Source: Synechococcales cyanobacterium VAR_4_metabat_354 (GTDB taxonomy: Bacteria > Cyanobacteriota > Cyanobacteriia > Cyanobacteriales > Chamaesiphonaceae). From it: a DNA stretch of 62,873 nucleotides. Under the pieces are notes generated by a model. That model was not told where the DNA came from and did no database searches. It saw only the letters and a program-made list of their open reading frames with translations. The stretch's first letter is position 1; every line of letters starts with the position of its first letter. The translations under genes and the position numbers were made by a program. Positions 30,210-41,474 of this stretch are shown piece by piece. The stretch covers positions 1 through 62,873 of the forward strand of contig JANOQI010000020.1 in assembly GCA_031414775.1 (NCBI GenBank), read 5' to 3'.

Positions 30210-31039
30210 TGATTAATTTCAATTCTGATGCGCACATTTTGATTCAGGGCATTACTCAGCCCCATGCTCTGGAATCACTAATAGAAATGCGTAGTTATAG
30301 CATGAATGTGTTGGCTGGAATTAGTACTGGTGCGGGTAACCAGACCGTGCAGGGTATCGAGGTTTTCGATTTGGTAGAGCAAGCGATCGCCACCCACCAA
30401 GAAATTGACACTACTATTATTTTTGATCCAGCATTAGCAGTTTTGGATGCGGTCTTCGAGGCGATTGCTGCTGGTATTGCGCGGATAATTATTGCGACGA
30501 AAGGGGTTCCACCGTTAGATATGATTGAATTGTTGCGGCGCACCTGCGACTCCTCTGTTTGGGTTTTGGGTTCGGGTAGTGCGGGCTTGATTGTGCCCAA
30601 CAAAATTTTGCTGGGGACGCTGGATACTACGATGTTCACTCCGGGCAAGGTGGGGATCATTAGTCGCAGTCACAGCCTGATTTATGAAGTAGTCGAGCTG
30701 CTAAACAACTGCCAAATTGGCCAATCACTGGTAGTGCATTTGGGTAGTGATCCCATTAGAGGATCTAATAGTAGCCGCTGGCTCAATGTTTTCGATGACA
30801 ATACTGAGCAAATTTTACTCCTGGGCGATATCTCGATCGATCAAGATTTACGACAAGCAGCGGCTCTCATTAAGCAGCCAGTAGTTTCCTATAATCCCCA
30901 ACTCCAGATGACGATCACACCAATTACTGATGCCGCCCGGTTGTTGCGGGTTGGTCAGGGAGAATTAGATTTAGAACAGCCCAGCGACCCGCTGAAAATT
31001 GTCACGACACTCGAACAAATTATGCAGCTGGTGAAATAG
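30209..31039 (+). CDS. sucD: succinyl-CoA synthetase alpha subunit-like (degenerate)
   Basis: ILIQGIT, CoA-binding fold, PGKVGIISRS; no GHAGA phosphohistidine motif. Confidence 0.7.
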   Translation: MINFNSDAHILIQGITQPHALESLIEMRSYSMNVLAGISTGAGNQTVQGIEVFDLVEQAIATHQEIDTTIIFDPALAVLDAVFEAIAAGIARIIIATKGVPPLDMIELLRRTCDSSVWVLGSGSAGLIVPNKILLGTLDTTMFTPGKVGIISRSHSLIYEVVELLNNCQIGQSLVVHLGSDPIRGSNSSRWLNVFDDNTEQILLLGDISIDQDLRQAAALIKQPVVSYNPQLQMTITPITDAARLLRVGQGELDLEQPSDPLKIVTTLEQIMQLVK

Positions 31040-31175
31040 CATATTAAGATGGGCAAGCTCCACTACCAGCCTAAGTGTATCAATATCCCAACCAAATTAA
31101 GTCAAAATCTTAATAATTGCAACAGCTGGACGGTGCAGTCGCTATGCTAGAGATGGGTCACAATCAATTGATCTC

Positions 31176-31622
31176 ATGAGTGAACTGATGGCAATGCATC
31201 CGAGTTTATTATGGCTAATCATAGGAGCTAGCCTCTGCTTAGTGGAGCTGGTGATACCTACAGCTTTAGCCGCCGTGCTCCTAGGTCTGGGAGCAATGGT
31301 CATGTCTATACTCGCCTTGGTACTACCGCCATGGATTGGTTTGCAAGTTTCTCTCTGGCTAGCTTGTACGGTATCAATTGCTTGGCTCGGCCAGCGCTTT
31401 TTGCCCAAACGCTCAGCGATCGACTTTACCCATACCGAAGCCCAAGCGCTAACAGCTATTTCTCCCAGTAAAGTGGGCAGAGTATTATATGAAGGATCTT
31501 CTTGGCGAGCTAAATGTGGTGATGGGGTATCTTTGATTACCCCCGATCAACAATTGCATGTGATTGGTCGCGAAGGCACCACTCTCTTGGTAGTGCCGAT
31601 GTATATGTTAGAAGAACACTAA
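31176..31622 (+). CDS. NfeD-family protein
   Basis: TM N-terminus; GRVLYEGSSWRA, VIGREGTTLLV; precedes an SPFH gene. Confidence 0.85.
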   Translation: MSELMAMHPSLLWLIIGASLCLVELVIPTALAAVLLGLGAMVMSILALVLPPWIGLQVSLWLACTVSIAWLGQRFLPKRSAIDFTHTEAQALTAISPSKVGRVLYEGSSWRAKCGDGVSLITPDQQLHVIGREGTTLLVVPMYMLEEH

Positions 31623-31643
31623 AAACTAAGCAGAATTATAGCT

Positions 31644-32597
31644 ATGGAACCTTTTTCACCTTTTGCATGGATGATCGCCGCTATCTTAGGCGTAAGTGGA
31701 CTGTCGGGGATTAAAATTATCAACCAGGGTGATGAAGCTTTGGTGGAAAGACTGGGTAAATACACTGGCAAAAAACTAAAACCGGGGATGAACTATGTAA
31801 TTCCGATGGTGGAAAATATTTCCTTCAAACAGACTATTCGGGAACGGGTGATTGATATTCCACCTCAGCAATGCATCACCCGCGACAATGTAACGATTAC
31901 AGCGGATGCCGTAGTCTACTGGAAGATTTTGGATATGGAGCGGGCTTACTATAAAGTCGAAAATCTACAATCGGCGATGGTTAACTTAGTGCTAACCCAG
32001 ATTCGATCGGAGATTGGCAAATTAGAGCTAGATGAAACTTTCACAGCCCGATCGCAAATCAACGAATTGTTGTTACGAGAACTGGATGAATCCACTGATC
32101 CGTGGGGTGTCAAAGTAACTAGGGTCGAGCTAAGAGATATTGTGCCTGCTAAAGCTGTCTTGGATGCGATGGAAATGCAGATGTCGGCGGAGCGCAAAAA
32201 ACGAGCAGCAATTCTAACCTCAGAAGGGGAACGGGAAGCGGCTGTGAATACCGCGCGTGGTCGGGCGGAGGCTCAAGTTTTACAAGCCGAAGCTAGTCAA
32301 AAGTCGGTGTTGCTAGCGGCAGAAGCCGACCGGCAGCAACAGATCTTGAAGGCACGCGGAATTGCGGAATCCACCGGAATTATCTCCGATCAGCTTAAGA
32401 GTAATCCCAATGCCCAAAAAGCAGTGGAAGTTCTATTCGCTTTGGGCTATTTGGATATGGGCGCCACCATTGGCCGTAGCGAGAGTAGCAAGGTGATGTT
32501 TATGGATCCGCGGACAGTACCAGCCACGATGGAAGGAATTAAGTCGGTGCTAGGCGATCGATCCGCTGATGCTGCTCATAGTTTGCCCAAGTCATAA
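31644..32597 (+). CDS. SPFH/stomatin (band 7) protein
   Basis: [36 protein letters not shown]. Confidence 0.92.
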   Translation: MEPFSPFAWMIAAILGVSGLSGIKIINQGDEALVERLGKYTGKKLKPGMNYVIPMVENISFKQTIRERVIDIPPQQCITRDNVTITADAVVYWKILDMERAYYKVENLQSAMVNLVLTQIRSEIGKLELDETFTARSQINELLLRELDESTDPWGVKVTRVELRDIVPAKAVLDAMEMQMSAERKKRAAILTSEGEREAAVNTARGRAEAQVLQAEASQKSVLLAAEADRQQQILKARGIAESTGIISDQLKSNPNAQKAVEVLFALGYLDMGATIGRSESSKVMFMDPRTVPATMEGIKSVLGDRSADAAHSLPKS

Positions 32598-32600
32598 GTA

Positions 32601-33359
32601 GTGCTGAAATCGTTATTAGCGGCGTGGGCATTCTACATTTGTTTACCTGCGCCGCAAAAAATGGAGTTGGATTTTAGTCGCATTGCTCGTTGGGCACCAT
32701 TAATGGGGCTAGCAATTGGCGGCATAGTGGCGATTAGCGACTATGGATTAGCACTGTTGGGGATGCCCATAATTGTGCGATCGACAGTAGTAGTTCTGCT
32801 ATGGCTGAGTCTAACCGGAGGGTTGCATCTCGATGGGGCCATGGATACCGCAGACGGGTTGGCGGTGACCAGTCCCGAACGGCGGCTAGTGGCAATGGCC
32901 GACAGTCTCACCGGAGCATTTGGGGTAATGACAGCGATCGGGATTTTGGGATTAAAGGTCTTGAGTCTCAGTGCCATTAGTAGTGATAGTCGCTGGATTG
33001 TATTGCTGGTGGTGCCAGCTTGGGCGCGGTGGGCGCAGGTATTAGCAGTATCTTTGTATCCCTACCTGAAGGCGGAGGGTAAGGGGGCGATGCATAGTAG
33101 GGGAGTGGAGCCGTGGCCGGATTTGATGGGCGGGTTTGCGGCTTTGTTGCTGGTGGCAGCAGTGCAGATTTATCTACAGCCGCAGTATTGGTTATTAATT
33201 GCGGCGGTGCAGGGGGTCGGTTTGGGGCTTAGTTATCCGGTAGGTAAGTACTTCGATCGCTGTTTTGGCGGTCATACTGGTGATACTTATGGGGCGGTAG
33301 TAGAATGGGCGGAAGCCATCGGCCTATGTTTGCTGACTTTTCCAGTGTGGTATCAGTAA
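32601..33359 (+). CDS. cobS: adenosylcobinamide-GDP ribazoletransferase
   Basis: TGGLHLDGAMDTADG, GAFG, GGHTGDTYGA..E. Confidence 0.92.
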   Translation: MLKSLLAAWAFYICLPAPQKMELDFSRIARWAPLMGLAIGGIVAISDYGLALLGMPIIVRSTVVVLLWLSLTGGLHLDGAMDTADGLAVTSPERRLVAMADSLTGAFGVMTAIGILGLKVLSLSAISSDSRWIVLLVVPAWARWAQVLAVSLYPYLKAEGKGAMHSRGVEPWPDLMGGFAALLLVAAVQIYLQPQYWLLIAAVQGVGLGLSYPVGKYFDRCFGGHTGDTYGAVVEWAEAIGLCLLTFPVWYQ

Positions 33360-33381
33360 TGCTAAGCAACCGCGCTATCAA

Positions 33382-34356
33382 TCAACTCAATGTTTCTAGG
33401 GAGTTCTTTGCTACTGGTGGTCTGGTCAAAGCCAAAAATACTTCTTCAAGATTGGCCCGGCTGCGGCGCACCTCATGTATCTGAATGCCTTGTTGCACCA
33501 AAGCTGTAATTATTTCTGAACCAATATCTTGCCCGGCGATCGATCGAACCATCATCAACTGCCGCTCCTGGTTATTGAGATGATTGATCGGCATTAGCTC
33601 CGTCTGTTGCACTTGGGGAATGTGGCGCAGAGCATTTGCCACCACCACCGGATCGCCAGAAAATTCCAGCTCGTAATGCTCAGCAGCCCCCACCATCTTG
33701 CTCAAATTGGCCGGAGTATCCGTGGCAATCACCCGCCCTCGATCGATCACCGTCAACTTGTGGCAAGTCATTTCCACCTCCGCCAACAAATGACTGGACA
33801 GCAAAATAGTATGCTCTTGCGCCAGCTGCTGAATCAGGCGGCGAATGTTAATAATTTGATTGGGATCTAGACCCCGAGTGGGTTCATCCAAGATAATCAC
33901 CGCTGGCTGATGAACAATTGCTTGGGCAATTCCCAGCCGCTGCCGATACCCCTGTGATAACTTCCGAATCAGACTGTGCTGATATTCTACTAAGCCGCAG
34001 AGTTCGATCGATCTGTTTACCTGCTGTTTCTTCTGATTACTGGGTACTTGCTTAATCTCGGCGGCAAAATTCAAAAAATGACTCACCGTCATGTCGAGAT
34101 ACAGCGGAATCACTTCTGGTAAATAGCCAATCTGCTGCCGCGCCTGTAGAGACTGCCGATTAATATCGTAACCAGCAATCAGTGCCGAGCCACTAGTAGC
34201 CCCTAAAGCTCCCGTCAAAATACGGATAATGGTGGTCTTACCCGCGCCGTTGACCCCCAGCAAACCCATTACCTCACCCTGGTTTACCGTAAAGCTGACT
34301 CGATCGATTGCCCGCTGGGAGCCATAATCTTTACATAAATTAGTCACTTCAATCAT
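33382..34356 (-). CDS. ABC transporter ATP-binding protein (GldA-like)
   Basis: GVNGAGKT, LSQGYRQR, ILDEPT, SSH. Confidence 0.9.
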   Translation of the reverse strand: MIEVTNLCKDYGSQRAIDRVSFTVNQGEVMGLLGVNGAGKTTIIRILTGALGATSGSALIAGYDINRQSLQARQQIGYLPEVIPLYLDMTVSHFLNFAAEIKQVPSNQKKQQVNRSIELCGLVEYQHSLIRKLSQGYRQRLGIAQAIVHQPAVIILDEPTRGLDPNQIINIRRLIQQLAQEHTILLSSHLLAEVEMTCHKLTVIDRGRVIATDTPANLSKMVGAAEHYELEFSGDPVVVANALRHIPQVQQTELMPINHLNNQERQLMMVRSIAGQDIGSEIITALVQQGIQIHEVRRSRANLEEVFLALTRPPVAKNSLETLS

Positions 34357-34371
34357 TGATGATTAAGCATC

Positions 34372-34400
34372 CTGACAGCAGAGAAGGTCAATGCTATAAT
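34372..34400 (+). promoter_or_regulatory. sigma70-type promoter of rpsU
   Basis: CTGACA-N17-TATAAT with extended TG. Confidence 0.65.
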
Positions 34401-34453
34401 AGCAAAGCTGAATTTATTTTTTGGTCTCAAGTCCAGGTATATTAGGAGTAAGA

Positions 34454-34633
34454 ATGACCCAGGTTGTGTTAGGTGAAAATGAAGGAATTGATTCGGCGCT
34501 GCGTCGCTTCAAGCGTCAAGTCTCAAAAGCAGGAATCTTAGCGGACGTGAAAAAAAATCGCCACTTTGAAACCCCCCAAGAAAAGCGTAAACGCAAAGCA
34601 GTAGCCGCCCGTCGGAAAAAGCGCTTCCGTTAA
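34454..34633 (+). CDS. rpsU: 30S ribosomal protein S21
   Basis: [21 protein letters not shown]...HFETP; AGGAG RBS. Confidence 0.96.
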   Translation: MTQVVLGENEGIDSALRRFKRQVSKAGILADVKKNRHFETPQEKRKRKAVAARRKKRFR

Positions 34634-34714
34634 AGCATTTTTGGTATTTTGTGATGAAAATTAGGCTCTGTGGCGTGTCCATGGAGCCTTATCAGTTACT
34701 AACATTGAAAATAT

Positions 34715-36961
34715 ATGCATACAGTCTCTCTGGTTTTATTAGAAATTCTGGTGGTGATCGGTTTCTCCCGACTGGTAGGGCTAGGATTCCGGGCGATTAA
34801 GCAGCCCTTGGTTATTGGTGAAATCATGGCTGGCATTATGCTCGGCCCGTCCCTGTTGGGATTGGTTGCTCCCCAAATTACTGCCGGACTGTTTCCAGCC
34901 GAGACGGCGCCGATCTTGGAAGTATTGGCGCAAATCGGCTTAATATTTTTCATGTTTTTAATTGGTCTAGAGCTAGATCCTAAATATCTCAAAGGCAATA
35001 TGGATGTGGCGGTGGCCACCTCAGCGGCGGGGATTATTTTGCCTTTCGGACTGGCATGTGGGCTGGCTGTTTGGCTATATCCAATGGTGAATAATCCGGC
35101 GGTCTCGCTGTTGGCCTTTAGCTTATTTTTAGGTTCGGCACTGTCCATTACGGCTTTTCCAGTATTGGCTAGAATCATTACGGAGAGCAATCTCCAAAAC
35201 ACCCGTTTAGGAACTCTGGCGCTGACTTGTGCGGCGGTAGATGACGTGGTGGCCTGGTGCTTACTAGCCATGGCGATTGCCGTGGCGCGCACCAATAATA
35301 TGGTTACGGCTCTGCCTACCATTTTCTCCGCCTTGTTTTATATTGGCTTCATGCTGACGGCTGGCCGCTGGCTGCTGCAAACCCTATCCGCCTATTACAA
35401 TCGATCGGGTAAAGTCTCCCAGCTCATGCTGGCCGGAATTTACATGTCAGTAATTGTTTCGGCACTAATTACTGAGACGATCGGCATTCACTTCATTTTC
35501 GGGGCTTTTTTGCTAGGCGCAGCTATGCCCAAGAATCCTGGTCTGGTCAAAGAAATCGCCGAGAAGACCGAGGATTTTGTTTTAATTTTTTTACTACCAG
35601 TTTTCTTTGTTTATAGTGGCCTTAAGACCAAGATTGGTCTGATCAGTACTCCCCAACTGTGGTTAATCTGTCTGGTAATTTTAGCCGTAGCCATTCTGGG
35701 TAAGTATCTGGGTATTTATTTCACCGCTCGCCGGTTCCAGCTCGATCATCGCGAAGCATCAGCACTGGGCTGGTTGATGAACACACGCGGTCTCACCGAG
35801 CTGATTGTGCTGAATATCGGTCTCAAGTTAGGGGTAATTTCAGAGTTGTTGTTCGCCATGCTGGTAATTATGGCACTGACTACCACCTTTATGACTTCGC
35901 CTTTGCTGGAATGGACTTATCCCAAAAAGCTGATCCGTGAGCAGTCTCTTCAAGCAGAAACTCCACAAACCACACCGGTTCATCAATATAGTGTGCTAGT
36001 CCCGGTAGCTAATCCCCGCACCCAAAAAAGCTTAATTCAGCTAGCGATCGCGATTGCTCATAACCCCGAAGAATCAGCTATTGTTCAACCCTTAAGCCTC
36101 ATCGAACTGGAAGAAGATTACCTCTACCAAAGCTCCCCGGCTGAAGCAGAAAGACTAATCAATGAACGTAGAAGCAAACTTGATCAGTTGATTAAAACCA
36201 TTGAGCCAACTACCGTCCAGTCCATGATTCAGCCGATTGTCCAAATTGGTTACGATGTAGCCAAAAAAACAGCAACGCTGGCTAAAATCGATCAACCAGA
36301 TCTAATCTTGCTGGGCTGGCATCGATCGACATTCCGCAAAGATCGATTAGGTGGTCGGGTACGCCAAATTTTAGCTATTGCCCCCGCCGATGTGGCCGTA
36401 CTAGTAGATGCCAATGCCCCCCCAGAAATCGCCCAGCGCACCTACGATAAAATACTGGTCGCCTATACCGCCAATACCCATGACGATCTAGCTCTAGAAT
36501 TATCGTTGCGTTTACTTTTCAATGACGATCAACGTCAGCTTCAACTATTGCAGTTGTCACCTTTATCCACCACTGTCAGTGAACTCAGCTATGAAATGAA
36601 CCAGTTGATTGGAAATCTACCTTCCGATGTTCGATCGCGTATTCAGATCGAAATGATATCTAGTGCTGATTTGATGGAAACAGTGATCACCAAATCAAAA
36701 GATGTGGATTTAACAATTGCAGGCACTAGTAGAAACTGGGGAGTACAACGTCAAACCCTAGGTCGTTACACTGACGAGCTGGCTTTGCGCTGTAACTCAC
36801 CGCTTCTAATTACCCGACGCTACAGTCAACTAACTTCGCATTTAGGATTTTTGCTGAACACCAACCAAGAATTAGCCAAAGAAGTGTTGGCTAAGGAACA
36901 GCCCGATGGGTTGAAACCATCGAAGATATCCGTTAAGCCGATGATCTTAGATAACCTCTAA
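34715..36961 (+). CDS. cation:proton antiporter (CPA2) with USP-like C-terminus
   Basis: QPLVIGEI, SITAFPVLARI, DDV, LMNTRGL; soluble C-terminal domain. Confidence 0.9.
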   Translation: MHTVSLVLLEILVVIGFSRLVGLGFRAIKQPLVIGEIMAGIMLGPSLLGLVAPQITAGLFPAETAPILEVLAQIGLIFFMFLIGLELDPKYLKGNMDVAVATSAAGIILPFGLACGLAVWLYPMVNNPAVSLLAFSLFLGSALSITAFPVLARIITESNLQNTRLGTLALTCAAVDDVVAWCLLAMAIAVARTNNMVTALPTIFSALFYIGFMLTAGRWLLQTLSAYYNRSGKVSQLMLAGIYMSVIVSALITETIGIHFIFGAFLLGAAMPKNPGLVKEIAEKTEDFVLIFLLPVFFVYSGLKTKIGLISTPQLWLICLVILAVAILGKYLGIYFTARRFQLDHREASALGWLMNTRGLTELIVLNIGLKLGVISELLFAMLVIMALTTTFMTSPLLEWTYPKKLIREQSLQAETPQTTPVHQYSVLVPVANPRTQKSLIQLAIAIAHNPEESAIVQPLSLIELEEDYLYQSSPAEAERLINERRSKLDQLIKTIEPTTVQSMIQPIVQIGYDVAKKTATLAKIDQPDLILLGWHRSTFRKDRLGGRVRQILAIAPADVAVLVDANAPPEIAQRTYDKILVAYTANTHDDLALELSLRLLFNDDQRQLQLLQLSPLSTTVSELSYEMNQLIGNLPSDVRSRIQIEMISSADLMETVITKSKDVDLTIAGTSRNWGVQRQTLGRYTDELALRCNSPLLITRRYSQLTSHLGFLLNTNQELAKEVLAKEQPDGLKPSKISVKPMILDNL

Positions 36962-37171
36962 CTCATGTTCTTGCAGATGCGCCCGAAACTTGGGGTCATC
37001 AAATTTCACTAGCCACGGGAAATTAGCACTCACCGGTCGCCCGTTCCATTCGGTGATTATCTTATCAATAGCACCCTCATGGCCTTTAATTTCTACAGGT
37101 TGACCCTTACCACCAGGGATATGGTAAACGATTACAGATTCAATTACACGGACGCGATCGCCAACTTTCAT
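36947..37171 (-). CDS. ftrV: ferredoxin-thioredoxin reductase variable chain
   Basis: MKVGDRVRV..SVIVYH.P, W.GRPVSANFP, FRAHL..HELE. Confidence 0.9.
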   Translation of the reverse strand: MKVGDRVRVIESVIVYHIPGGKGQPVEIKGHEGAIDKIITEWNGRPVSANFPWLVKFDDPKFRAHLQEHELEVI

Positions 37172-37268
37172 AGCTTTTCCTCAGGTACCTGGTGACTTTG
37201 ACTATCGCCAAGGGTGTGCAGAGCCTTTTTATTTTTGCATATGTTGTTACGTTTGACGCTGGGAACAG

Positions 37269-38993
37269 TTACCGAAATTGCTGGGCATGGAAGCTGGCGT
37301 AACGACCATTAGTGAGTTTCAGCAATTCGCTGTGGCTGCCAGATTCGATCACTTGACCATTCTCGACTACTAAAATCCGGTTGGCTTTGCGCACAGTTGC
37401 CAGCCGGTGGGCAATAATGAATACCGTTCGATCGAGCATAATTCTTTCCAACGCTTCCTGCACCAGTGCTTCCGATTCGGAATCGAGAGCCGAGGTCGCT
37501 TCATCCAAGACCAAAATCCGGGGATTTAAAAATACAGCGCGGGCGATCGCAATGCGTTGGCGTTGCCCCCCTGAAAAATTGGTGCCGCGCTCTCCTACCC
37601 AGGTGTGGTAGCCCTGGCTGAGTTGGGAGATAAACTGATGGGCATTGGCAATTTTAGCGGCGGCTTCCACTGCGGCTATGTCAAAATCTGGTTGACCAAA
37701 GGCAATATTTTCGGCTACGGTGGCTGAAAACAACACTGTATCTTGAGGTACTGTGCCAATTTGACGACGTAAGCTCGGCAGGGTTACATCCCGAATATCA
37801 ATGTTATCGATCGAGATGCTGCCCGCTTGGATATCATAGAAGCGCATTAATAAACTAGCGATCGTACTTTTGCCAGCACCGGAAGTGCCGACTAGTGCAA
37901 TCATTTCACCGGGTTTTACGTCCAAATTAAAGTGCTTTAATACTGGTTGATCTGGCACATAGCCAAAACTGACATCTTGGTATTGAATGTGACCAGTAAT
38001 GGCTGGTAAGGTTTGGGCATTGGGCTTTTCCAAAATTGTCGGAGGCACGGCCAACAGCTCAAAGATCCGATCGACTGAAGCCTCACACTGCTTGAGTTCA
38101 CTATAGTTGCTGGTCACCCGCGAAATGGGATCAATCAGCATAGCAATACTAGTAAAGTAACTGATCAGACCTGGCATAGATAAATTGCCAGTAGTGACTT
38201 GCCAGCCAGCCAATACTAGAACTAGCAAAATACCACTCACCTGAATCACGCTCAGTACCGGATGCTGAATAGCTAGCCACCGTTCGGTCTGATATTTAGC
38301 CTGCCGATTGGCCTCTGCTTTGTTCATAAAGCGGCTCAGGGTGAATTCTTCAGCGGCAAAGGCTTGGATCAAGCGAATGCCGCTGAAGTCTTCGGTGACC
38401 GCCGAGGATAGATCAGCAATTTGGTTCTGGCTACGGCGCGATTGATTTTGTACCTGTTCACCAAACCAGCCCACCAGCACTGCAATTAAGGGCGCAATCA
38501 AAAATACGGCAATAGTTAGTCGCCAGTTGAGATAAACCAGGTTTCCTAAAACTACGATTAACTGCAATACCGAAGGCAGGAATTGGTGCAGCATATTGTT
38601 GATCGTAATACTTACTCGATCGATATCCCCGGTTAAGCGATAGGACAGGTCTCCAATCGGCGTTTCTGCAAAATAAGCTGGACCCAACCGCAAGAGGTGG
38701 GCATAAACCCGTTGGCGCAAATCAAAGCCGATCGACACCGCCACTTTGGCCATCGAAGTATTTTGACCGTACTGAGCAATACCCTGCAAAATATAGGCCA
38801 AAGCCCCCCAGAGGGAGATCTGAATCAACATCATCAAGTCAGTTCCCAGGTACCGACTCACCTGACCGGCCAAGGTAGCTAGTACTGGCCAAAAAGCGCT
38901 GTAGATTAGTACCCAAAAGAACCCCCAAGAAATATGCCGACGCTGGAGGCGCAGATAGGGAGACAGTAACCAATAACTAGAACGCTTTTTCAT
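37269..38993 (-). CDS. ABC transporter permease/ATP-binding (MsbA-like)
   Basis: TMD plus GTSGAGKS, FSGGQRQR, LDEATSALD. Confidence 0.92.
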   Translation of the reverse strand: MKKRSSYWLLSPYLRLQRRHISWGFFWVLIYSAFWPVLATLAGQVSRYLGTDLMMLIQISLWGALAYILQGIAQYGQNTSMAKVAVSIGFDLRQRVYAHLLRLGPAYFAETPIGDLSYRLTGDIDRVSITINNMLHQFLPSVLQLIVVLGNLVYLNWRLTIAVFLIAPLIAVLVGWFGEQVQNQSRRSQNQIADLSSAVTEDFSGIRLIQAFAAEEFTLSRFMNKAEANRQAKYQTERWLAIQHPVLSVIQVSGILLVLVLAGWQVTTGNLSMPGLISYFTSIAMLIDPISRVTSNYSELKQCEASVDRIFELLAVPPTILEKPNAQTLPAITGHIQYQDVSFGYVPDQPVLKHFNLDVKPGEMIALVGTSGAGKSTIASLLMRFYDIQAGSISIDNIDIRDVTLPSLRRQIGTVPQDTVLFSATVAENIAFGQPDFDIAAVEAAAKIANAHQFISQLSQGYHTWVGERGTNFSGGQRQRIAIARAVFLNPRILVLDEATSALDSESEALVQEALERIMLDRTVFIIAHRLATVRKANRILVVENGQVIESGSHSELLKLTNGRYASFHAQQFR

Positions 38994-38996
38994 TAT

Positions 38997-40235
38997 TTAA
39001 TGCGTATTTTGCCAATATAAAACCCCAGTTTGCAGCAGCCCCACCACAAACCCTAAAACGCCACCCAAGGTGACAATGCCTTGCAATTCTGTTTTAACAA
39101 TTCCCTGAATCGCAGCTTCCAGTTCTTCCGGCGATGTGGACTTCACTCGATCGATAATAACTTGATCGATGTTCAAGATCGGAATTACCTGAGCCACAAT
39201 TTTTTCCAAATCCCGTTCTAAGTATCGATCGATCACCAGCGCCAGTTCGCCACTCACTGCTGGTAAAGAAGTGGTAATCGCTGCCGAGTTACGCAACCGA
39301 CCTACCGCCAAGGTCGAAACCCCTTCCCAGTCGATCGTATCCCGCAGTCCTTCAATCAGGTCAATGCCTTTACTTTGGGCGTAACTGCGCACACTGTCTG
39401 TAACGGTCTGGCGTAGTTGCTGAACCGTAATCACTGGTAGGTTTTGCAAAGACACATTCTGCAACCATTCTTGAATTATTTTCCGCAAACTCAGCGCCGT
39501 CACCAAGTCCGCAATAATTTTGTTGGCCGCATCTCGTTCGTCCAGACAAAAAGTGCGCAGGCGAATGAGAGTATTCCGCAAGCCAAACAAATTGGCCACC
39601 ACCCAATAGGTGCCACTGCTTTTTTCGCGAATGCTATCGTCAATTACTTGAATATTCCGATCGGTCAAGAAGTCAATCAGGGCTTGCCGCAGCACTTCTG
39701 GTGGCAAAATACCATCCACGAGCCAAGAACTGACCTGTTGCGCCTGAGATTCGTTGAGCTGGAATTCTAACAGCACTCGATCGAAGATTTGATCGAGCTG
39801 TTCTTCTAAAAACTGTGGTCTCCGGCTCCAGATCTTCAACAACCGGGGTAAAGATTCTCCGGCCAAATCCCGTAGAATCTGGGCTAAAACTTTTACGGTA
39901 CGTTGTTCTTTATCGCTCTGGAGCTGATCTAAAGCCAACTGGAATAGCCATTCGATCGCCGCCTGCACCCGCTCTACTTGTAATAGTCGCTTGGCGAGCC
40001 TTTGCAATTCGGCCGGAGTGAGCAGCGAACCCATGATCGTATCGGAAATCCGCTTGGCTAAACGTTCTTGGTTACGCGGAATCAGACCAGGCGTGAAAGG
40101 CACCTGATATTTGCCCACAAACAGCGCCCGGTAAGGACGAAATAACATCTGAATGGCCACATCATTAGTGAAATAGCCAATCACAGTGCCAACCACCGGT
40201 GGTGCAAGGTATAGCCAAATTTGAAAAAATGACAC
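38997..40235 (-). CDS. DUF445 (UPF0754) membrane protein
   Basis: [38 protein letters not shown]. Confidence 0.88.
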   Translation of the reverse strand: MSFFQIWLYLAPPVVGTVIGYFTNDVAIQMLFRPYRALFVGKYQVPFTPGLIPRNQERLAKRISDTIMGSLLTPAELQRLAKRLLQVERVQAAIEWLFQLALDQLQSDKEQRTVKVLAQILRDLAGESLPRLLKIWSRRPQFLEEQLDQIFDRVLLEFQLNESQAQQVSSWLVDGILPPEVLRQALIDFLTDRNIQVIDDSIREKSSGTYWVVANLFGLRNTLIRLRTFCLDERDAANKIIADLVTALSLRKIIQEWLQNVSLQNLPVITVQQLRQTVTDSVRSYAQSKGIDLIEGLRDTIDWEGVSTLAVGRLRNSAAITTSLPAVSGELALVIDRYLERDLEKIVAQVIPILNIDQVIIDRVKSTSPEELEAAIQGIVKTELQGIVTLGGVLGFVVGLLQTGVLYWQNTH

Positions 40236-40251
40236 AGGCGCGCAACCCAGT

Positions 40252-40959
40252 TTATTTACGTAATACTAAGATACCCATAATGCCACCAGCAATCGGGTAG
40301 TGGGTAGCAGCGGCAAAACCAGCAGCCAATCCTAGTTTAACCTGGGCGGTACCAATCGGAAATTGGGCGACGCTAGGCATAAGATAGGCATACTCGTCAG
40401 TTAGATCATAACGGCGGGCGGTGGGCACCACAATATTGTCTAAATACCAGCGTTGGAACTGGGCAGCCAACCAGTTATCTGGTCGGTGAAAGTCCAGAAT
40501 AGCGACTTGGGCATTGGGCTTGAGCACTCGGTGCAGCTCGGCCAAGCAGCGCGGGATATCGGTAACATTCCGCAAGCCGTAGCCGAGTGTAGCCGCATCA
40601 AAAAAATTATCAGCGCAGGGCAAATTCAAAGCATCAGCCTGCACCCACTCGATCGCAGTGGGTAAGTACAGCTGGGCAACCCGGTGTGCAGCGGTGGCTA
40701 ACTGCGCCGCCGCAAAATCAGCGCCATAGACTTGACCGGTCGTCCCTACCCGCTTAGCCAGCAGCTGAGCAATATCGCCACTACCACAGCACAAGTCTAA
40801 ACAACAATCCCCAAAAGCTGCGCCACTCCAGCTGACGGCCATTTGTTTCCAGATCCAATGAATTCCTAAACTCAGATCATCGTTTAAGTGGTCATAGACT
40901 GGGGCAATGCGATCGAACAGGGCTTGCACGTCGTTAGCGGAATAGTCGGAAGGTGGCAT
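40252..40959 (-). CDS. menG: demethylphylloquinol methyltransferase (UbiE/MenG)
   Basis: [24 protein letters not shown]. Confidence 0.88.
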   Translation of the reverse strand: MPPSDYSANDVQALFDRIAPVYDHLNDDLSLGIHWIWKQMAVSWSGAAFGDCCLDLCCGSGDIAQLLAKRVGTTGQVYGADFAAAQLATAAHRVAQLYLPTAIEWVQADALNLPCADNFFDAATLGYGLRNVTDIPRCLAELHRVLKPNAQVAILDFHRPDNWLAAQFQRWYLDNIVVPTARRYDLTDEYAYLMPSVAQFPIGTAQVKLGLAAGFAAATHYPIAGGIMGILVLRK

Positions 40960-41051
40960 AAAACTGTCATGAAGATGGAGGAACGAAATACCAGAAAAAA
41001 CCTTCCATTAATCTAGCACTAGCTCCAACTAAACCCCAATTTAACCTGAGG

Positions 41052-41390
41052 ATGATAATTTTGCGTTTTTCACCCATCCAGATAGCGATGACGTTAGGTT
41101 TGATGGGGATCTGCTCCCCATCAGTCCTAGCCACACCCGCCCTACCAACTACGGGCAAAATTCTCCAGCTAGTGAATGGCGATGTGATGTGCTACGTCAC
41201 ACTACTGGATGCCAAAGGAAAGAAGCATACCTTGGGAGCCGATTTTGCTGTTTGTACTAACCAAAAACCAGTCAACAAAAAGGTGCGACTCACCTACAAA
41301 TGGAGCAGAGTGAGCGATTGTCAAAGCGCGGAGCCTTGCGAGAAAAGTCGGTCAACGATGCTCATCACCAAAATGCGCGTGATTAAATAG
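41052..41390 (+). CDS. secreted hypothetical protein with four Cys (start uncertain)
   Basis: Signal peptide; GDVMCY, ADFAVC, DCQSAEPC. Confidence 0.65.
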   Translation: MIILRFSPIQIAMTLGLMGICSPSVLATPALPTTGKILQLVNGDVMCYVTLLDAKGKKHTLGADFAVCTNQKPVNKKVRLTYKWSRVSDCQSAEPCEKSRSTMLITKMRVIK

Positions 41391-41474
41391 CTAACTTGAC
41401 CCTGGATCGCACAATACGGTAGGATTTAGTCTCGATTAATATCTCTGTAGCCAAAGCACCATAGCTGGCAACCA

